Part shown: piece by piece, positions 56,427 through 64,000 of the stretch
How positions within the stretch are numbered: position 1 is the first letter of the stretch
Layout of the letters: every line of letters starts with the position of its first letter
DNA from: Neocallimastix sp. 'constans'
Taxonomy: Eukaryota
DNA: 64,000 nucleotides
Assembly: GCA_050613775.1 (NCBI GenBank)
Contig: JBODTK010000119.1
Location: 124,001 to 188,000, forward strand
Direction of reading: 5' to 3'
Position numbers and translations under genes: made by a program
The notes under the pieces: generated by a model
Told to the model about the DNA's origin: nothing
Database searches by the model: none
The model's input: the letters and a program-made list of their open reading frames with translations, nothing else

Positions 56427-58646
56427 TTTGAATGAAATGTTTATTTTAATATAATATGTAATTTAAATAATGAATAATAATATATATATTATATAGTATT
56501 TTCAAATTTAAAGATTTTGTATTATTATTATTCATTTTTATTTCTTCCAATTTTCTTTTTTTTATTTCCTATTAATTCATATATTGAATATATTTATAAT
56601 AATAAAAATATTATTATATAAAGATAATCAATTAATATAAGATAATATTAGTGTTGATATTTAATATATATTTTATTATTATTAGAACTTTTTTTTTTTT
56701 CCATTTATTACTTTTATTAATTCTAAAGAAAAGAATAATAAAATCATATATATACATTAAATAATTTGATTACTCCAATTAAAAAGTAGTTGATTATATT
56801 AATTTAGATATACTAATATATAAAAAATATATATATATAATATAATGATTCTTTTTCCAAATAAAAATATATATCTATAAATTTATTGAAAAATCAAAGG
56901 GTATATTCGATAATTGAACCACTATAGTATATTTAATATATATGTATTTTTATTTTTCCGTATTGAATATTAAAAATTTGATATATGTTTAATATTTAAT
57001 ATTCATTATTCAAATCTCAAAAAAATATTTGTAGTTCCTTCTCATTAATAGTTATCATGTCAATATATGATTTTCCTTAAAAAAAAAAAAAAAAATAGAT
57101 TATCATATATAATAAAATTTCGAATTCATAAACTACAAAATAAAAACATCAAATATATATATAAATTTCAAAATACTAAAAAAAAAAAAAAAAAAAAAAA
57201 AAATAATAATAAATAATAAATATTGAATATAGTATATATAAAATTTTATTATATATTATTCATATCAAATAATATATATATACTGAATAATTATAAAAAA
57301 AAATTATCCATATCAAATAATGAAATTTAATACATATTTTTTTCATTATCATAATAAATATTTTAACTTTTATAATTATTAAAATTAATTATCAATTAAA
57401 ATTATTTTTTAAAATTTGAAGTAAAAAAAAAAAATATTATAATAATAAACTTTAAATATATAAAAAAGGGAAAGTTTATAATGAATTTTAAATAATAAAA
57501 TTATATTAACATATAAATAATATTTATAAAAATACAACTTTTAATAATTCTTTAATTATATATATATCTATCAAATAACTATCAAATAATAAAAGTAAAA
57601 ATTTTAAAAATAAAATAAAATCGTATTTTCAATGAATTATTGTAGTTTTTAAATTTTATTCTTTTTTATTTTAATTTTTTATATTTTTTATTATTTAAAA
57701 TTTTTTTTATAAATCTTAATCTATTTTTTATTTTAAATTTTTAAAACTTCATTTTTTTACATATCCTATTTATATAAAAAAAAAAATATGAATATAATTT
57801 TAGTTTATAGATATGAATAATCATATTATTAAATATGGTCTATATGACACTTTTTTCTTTTTTGATATATAAATCGTTTCATTTATATTTTCATATGCAT
57901 AATTTTTAATGAAATTTTTGAAATTTCTTATATTTCATAATAATTATGTTATTTATTTATTTTTTTTTTTATTTTTAATATCTATACAATTTCTTATTTC
58001 GTTAATTTTTTAAATCTGATTTAGTTTTTAATTTGGCTACTATTATATGAAAATAATGAAAAAAATAGTAACATTAAAAAAAATATACATATATATATAT
58101 ATATATATATAAATTTAAACAATATTAATTTAATAATGTTAATTGTTAATAAAAAAATATATTTTATTATTAATTTGATACGATATCAATATCATTATTT
58201 TAAAGTAAATAAAAATAATTTTAATGAACTATTATCAATTAATTTAATAATATAAATATTAATCAAAAATTATAATTATACGAATAGTCACTTATATAAA
58301 AAAATTATAAATTATACGCCTTCATGAAAAGAAATAAAAATAAAAATAAAAATAAAAAAAAATAGAAATAAAAATAAAAATATTAAAAAAAAAAATGATC
58401 AATTTTATATATTTTATATATAACTTATTTTTTATAAGCTATAAACTTTTATTAATAAATTAAATTATTCCATCTTAATACATATATTAATATTAAAATA
58501 ATTATTATTATTTTTATTTTATTATTATTATGTATTATTATTTATTATGTATTATTTATTATGTATTATTACTTAATATCAATTATTATTTATTATTTAT
58601 TCTATTATTTTTTATTAATTATTCAAATAAAAATAATAATAATAAT

Positions 58647-58712
58647 GGGAGAGTTGCATTTCGTCAAGTAGCGTGTCATTAAAATGCAACTTTTTACTAA
58701 TACGCCAATAAT
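58647..58712 (+). mobile_element. Solo MULE-like terminal inverted repeat
   Basis: GGGAGAGTTGCATTTCGTCAA resembles the TIR of the 13146-16410 element (GGGGAGGTTGCATTACGCCAA). It also shares the subterminal AATACGCCA seen in that element's left end. No partner end was seen. Confidence 0.55.
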
Positions 58713-58809
58713 AATGTTAGCTATTTTTCTTTTTATACAAAAAAAAAATGTATTACTAAATTCGTATTATTAAATTTATAATTAATATATTAATTTATTC
58801 AATATTACA

Positions 58810-58853
<44 letters not shown>

Positions 58854-60454
58854 TTTAATTTTCTGTTTTTATTTTGTTTGTAATTTTAATTTTAACCTTT
58901 AATCACTAAAATTTATTTATTCACCTTTTCAAAATTATATTTTATTATTTAATTTAATTAAACTTTTCAGAGACATTTAATCTTTTTAATAGTAATTAAT
59001 AATAATTCAGAATTATTATTATTTTAAAATATTGTATAATAAATTTAGATTTAAAAATAAACAAGTTTTATTAATAAATGAAAAAATAATAATAATAAAC
59101 AAAATATCTTGCTGTAAAAGTATTTTACTATATATAATCATATAATATTTTATATATAATTATTTAAAGAATTCTAATACAATATATATATATATTTAAG
59201 TTTATAGTTCCTATTTTTAATTTTGATCTAATAATAATGGAAATTATTGGATAAATATTTAAAGTAATTTTCCATATAAAATTATTTTTAATAATTTTCA
59301 TATATATATGTATTTACCAAATTTTAAAACTATTTAAATATTCAAAGAATATAATATGATAAAGTATTAAATAATCAAAAGAATTTATTATTTTATTAAA
59401 ATATTTTTGGGAAAAATAAAAGATTTATTAAAGTAGTATACATAATATTTTTATATTATACTAATTTATTAATTTGTTAATTGTATTAAAATAAATTTAT
59501 ATATATATTTATTTTTTTTATTTATATTTATTTATTTATTTTTTATTTTTTTTATTTTTTTTATTTTTTTATTTTTTTTATTCATATTTTATTTTTTTTT
59601 TATTACTTTTTTTATTTATTTTTTATTTATTTATTATTCTATTTTTTATTCTTATTTTTAAAGAGTAAAAAGAAAAATATCAAAGACTCTTTTTTAAGCA
59701 TATATGTAATAAAAAAAAAAAAAAAAAAAAAATAATTGGTATATTTTTTTTTTCTGAATTCTTTTAATATTTTAACTTTTCCCCTTTTACTCTATATATA
59801 TTAATATAAATAATTTTTAATACTAAATATTATTTCTCTATTAATAAAAATTTAATAATAATAATATTTTAAAATTATTTTTTTTTTTTAAATGTAAAAA
59901 AAAAAAAAAAAAAAAATTAATTAATCGTGTTATCCAATTTTTTAATTATTATGTTTAATTTTTTATAATTTAAAAATATTGGTATACTGATTATTATTTA
60001 TTTATTTATTATTATTATTTTGTAATAATATATATTATCTTAATAATTAAACATATATATTTCTTAAATATTTTTTTTAAATAAAATATATATATAACAG
60101 TATCTTTTTTTTTTTTTTTTTAATATTAAATATTATTAATTATTATTAGAAATATATATTTTTATAAATTTTTGATTTTATACTATTCCATCTTAATGTT
60201 TCATCTAATAAAAATGATTATTTATATATTAGTATTTTGATAAAAATTTTTTAGCATTTATAAATTAATTAGCTGAATTTAGTTAAAAATTGATGAATAG
60301 TGCGTATGTTTGAGTTATTTTATTATTATCATTAAGATTTTATAAACAACTTTTATATTTATTGTTTATTTTTATTATTTTATTATTTTATTATTATTAT
60401 TTTATTATTATCACTATTATATATTTATATACTCCGTCAAGAGATTAAACTTTT

Positions 60455-62860
60455 TTAAATCATATTTATTGTTGATGACGGAGGAAACAATTGAATAAAA
60501 GGTACTGATGTTTCCTTTTTAAAACTATATGAACTTTTATTATCTAATTCACAATTTATTAATTCTTCTTTAAAATTACCTAATGAATTATTATTATTAT
60601 TATTATTATTATTGTTATCATTATCATTATTATTATTATTGTTACTATTATTGTGAATTCCATCTTCCTCAGTGTAATAATATGTACTACTTCCACAACT
60701 ACTTCCATTATCAAAAACTTTACTCCATCTATAATGTATGTTTGTTTGATTAATTATATCACCAAAGAGACTATAACTACTAGTTCTATTAACATTTTTG
60801 TATCCATTATATGAAAAATTATTTATATTTTCATTTTTATTACCAAAAGAATAATACACAATATTACTTTGTTGGTGACAACTATTGACTGAATTACTAT
60901 GTACACTTATTCCTATATTATCTTTAAAAGCAGAAACATCCATACTATATCTAGATTTAGTCGGATTTCTTGAAAAAGAAGTTTCATGATCAAGTTTAGG
61001 CACAGATCTACTTCTCTTCATTTTTATGGCTCTTAGTAATTCAATATCACGAGATAATCTATTATTTGAAAATGTTCTAATATTTCCAGAATTACTACTA
61101 TGACTATTTCCATTACTAGATGCGTATGAATTAAGAGATGAATTTGAATTTTTATATTTAATCATACTCGTGCTTCTTCTCTTAAGTTGGGTATCTTGGT
61201 TAGGAATATTTTTATTATAATTTGTATTTAATTTATTATATGATGATGATAAAGAAGCACCATTGCTTTCCCTATTATATCTACTTCTTCTTTTATTTTG
61301 TTGTATTTCTCCTTTATTATTTTCAAATTTCGTAATTTGACCACTCGTAAGACAAACCGCATGAGAACGACGATGTCTTGATTGAGTTCTATTATGTCCT
61401 TTAACAAATGATTTTTCATTCTCATAACTTTCATATCTTTTAGATGAATTGGAACTATGCTCCTTTTGATATTGTTCCTTTTGTTTATTTTCAACAGCAT
61501 TACATAATTCTGATAAAATAACTTGATTAGCCTTAGAATATATTAGATTTAATTCATTAGTAGTTAATGAAAAAGCGTAAGATCTTTTACGACCTTTTAT
61601 TGTATTATAATTTGTTGAGGTAGCAGGTAGTGAAAAGCGTTTTCTTTCATTTTCATCATCTTCCAAATCAACCTTTTCATTAAGTCTCTCATTTAAAAAA
61701 TCAGCATAGCCACAAGAATTAATTTCAAATTTAGGATCAACTTCAGCCCTTAAAGAATTATCAACTGGAGATACCAAGGTTGAAGAAGTAGAATAACATG
61801 GAGAAGGAATATATGAAGTTGATGTTGATTCTTGGTACTTAAAACCTTCAAATGGATCATTTACTAAAGTTGATGCTGAAAAATTACTAGCTGTATTCAT
61901 ATGATGAGTTTTAATTGAATTATTTATAGGTATAACTAAAGATTGTAAGGTTTGTTTTGTTTTAAGTTTTTTTGATTGTTGAGGCTGTATGATGAATGTT
62001 TGTTCATCAATACTTTCATTATTTTCATTACTAATTTCAATTGTAATGTTTCTCTTTTTATAATTTTCCTTTGTTAATTGAGCACCTTTTAATAGATTAG
62101 TTTGTTCAATTTCATATTCTTTCTCTACTATTCGATTATTTTGTTCATATATGTTATTAGCTTTGATTGGTAAAAAGCTACTTACATCGGAGTCTTGAAA
62201 TTGAAAATCATCAATTGACATATTTGAGTTTATTCCTTTATTTTCTTTTTTCTTTAGCCAACTAAATTTTGATGGGTTAATAGGTATACATAAGAGATTT
62301 GGTTTGGAAGCAGAAAACATCTTTCTGTTTTGCTTCTTTTTTATTTCATTAGACTTAATAAATTTATTTGATTTATTATTTAACTTATTTTCCTTATAAG
62401 TCGATACATTTTCTTCGGTATATATATTACAATGTATAGTATTCATTTCAATATACTCATTTTTAGATTTAAAAAGTCTTATTATTAGTGGTATTTCCTT
62501 ATTTAACGGACCATTATATTTTGATTTTGATTTTTTAATTTTTATACTTTTTCCTTTCTTTTTATTATTCCATACTGATTTATTTATCCAATTAAGTACT
62601 GATTTTATAGAATATTGGTCTTCGATAGTATATGAATTAGATGATAAAGGTGAAGTGGTATAAATATCTATTTTTTCATATTTTTCTTTTAAGCAATCAT
62701 TCAACTCTATATAGCGTCCATCTACATCATTTATTTCATCAACAACCATAACACATTTTTTAAAGTTTTGTTTTTCTGAATTTAAATTTAAATGATATAA
62801 AGGTCTATCTAATTTATCAAATATAGGAATACCATCAACTCTTTTCCTTACATTTAACAT
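60455..62860 (-). CDS. Hypothetical 801-aa Ser/Asn/Lys-rich protein, apparently single exon
   Basis: A 2.4-kb uninterrupted ORF with coding-like GC in very AT-rich DNA. No recognisable domain. Confidence 0.8.
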   Translation of the reverse strand: MLNVRKRVDGIPIFDKLDRPLYHLNLNSEKQNFKKCVMVVDEINDVDGRYIELNDCLKEKYEKIDIYTTSPLSSNSYTIEDQYSIKSVLNWINKSVWNNKKKGKSIKIKKSKSKYNGPLNKEIPLIIRLFKSKNEYIEMNTIHCNIYTEENVSTYKENKLNNKSNKFIKSNEIKKKQNRKMFSASKPNLLCIPINPSKFSWLKKKENKGINSNMSIDDFQFQDSDVSSFLPIKANNIYEQNNRIVEKEYEIEQTNLLKGAQLTKENYKKRNITIEISNENNESIDEQTFIIQPQQSKKLKTKQTLQSLVIPINNSIKTHHMNTASNFSASTLVNDPFEGFKYQESTSTSYIPSPCYSTSSTLVSPVDNSLRAEVDPKFEINSCGYADFLNERLNEKVDLEDDENERKRFSLPATSTNYNTIKGRKRSYAFSLTTNELNLIYSKANQVILSELCNAVENKQKEQYQKEHSSNSSKRYESYENEKSFVKGHNRTQSRHRRSHAVCLTSGQITKFENNKGEIQQNKRRSRYNRESNGASLSSSYNKLNTNYNKNIPNQDTQLKRRSTSMIKYKNSNSSLNSYASSNGNSHSSNSGNIRTFSNNRLSRDIELLRAIKMKRSRSVPKLDHETSFSRNPTKSRYSMDVSAFKDNIGISVHSNSVNSCHQQSNIVYYSFGNKNENINNFSYNGYKNVNRTSSYSLFGDIINQTNIHYRWSKVFDNGSSCGSSTYYYTEEDGIHNNSNNNNNNDNDNNNNNNNNNNSLGNFKEELINCELDNKSSYSFKKETSVPFIQLFPPSSTINMI

Positions 62861-64000
62861 TTTGATAAATATTCTAATATATATTTAGTAAAATATCTTT
62901 ATAATTTTTTTTTTTATTATTTCTATAATAAATAAGTTTATATTATATTATCTAATAATAATTTTATTATTATTATTGTAAATAAATTGTCTAATTAATT
63001 GAAGTATATTTCAGGAATAATAGTGTTTTAATAATAACAAAATCTTTTCTAATTTATTACTATTATCAATATTTATTAATTCCAAAAACATTACACTATC
63101 AATAATTTGTTATTTTATTTTATTTTTATTATATTTTATATTATTTTATTGTATTTTTCTTTATTTTGTTTTTATTTTATTTTTATTTTGCTTTTATTTT
63201 ATTTTTTATTTTTTTTTTTTCATTTTTATTTTATTTTTTCTTAATTGTAATTATAAAATATTATTAATATTTAATTTAATTTAAAAATGAATAATATTTA
63301 ATTTAATTAAAATTTTCAATTAAAATATTCATTTTCTCTAAATTATAACTAATAAATTTATTTATAATTATTTAATAATATTATTTAAACCTTCTTTATT
63401 ATATTTTTTTCACCTAAAGGTTTAATAATAAAAAAATATCTAAATTTAAAATGCTTTATGAATAGGTTGCATTTATTAACATTAAATAAAGTTTAACTGA
63501 TATATTGTATTAGATATTTTTTACTTTTGATAATTTATTTTTTTAATTTCTTATTATTATTTTATTTTATTTTACTTTATTTTATTTTATTTTTTTATTT
63601 TATTTTATTTTATTTCATTTCATTTCATTTTTTTTGGTAGAAAAAAAAATTTTAAATTAGAATAAAATAAAATAAAAATAAAATAATAATAATAATAATG
63701 ATAATAAAATAAAATATACAAAAATAAAAAAAATAAAATAAAATAAAATAAAATAAAAAAATAAGGAAAAACCCAATATTTTAAATAAAAAAAAAAATTA
63801 AAAATTGGGCTACTTTTATAATTATATCAAATTTCTATAAATTAAATTAATAATATATTAAAATTTATAAAAAAAAAATATACAGATATAATTTATTTTA
63901 AAATATAGTAAATATAACAATTTATTAGTAATTAAAATAATTAGATATTCTTATATATAGGAATATAAATTAACTTGGTGAATACTATTTACATTTTTTT

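Overview
Extremely AT-rich, intron-rich eukaryotic DNA. Composition, a GH26 mannanase with a fungal dockerin/CBM10-like module and a ciliary Pierce gene point to an anaerobic gut fungus (Neocallimastigomycota). This assignment is an inference. Hand-spliced genes: a partial unknown gene, a MATH-BTB (SPOP-like) adaptor, a Diaphanous-related formin, organellar GrpE (Mge1), a small Pierce1/2-like axonemal gene, ARV1, two tandem thiamine pyrophosphokinase paralogues, a secreted GH26 mannanase, a soluble (ADCY10-like) adenylate cyclase and an 801-aa orphan. Mobile DNA: a decayed LINE, two related LINE-like 3' ends and a fully delimited MULE (TIRs plus 9-bp TSD). The MULE carries a ~1.6-kb foldback palindrome whose core motif recurs in introns of two unrelated genes. 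No tRNA, rRNA or CRISPR array is supported. I cannot demonstrate a new multi-gene system. The best candidates for novelty are the foldback/minisatellite element family and the putatively GPI-anchored dockerin-mannanase.
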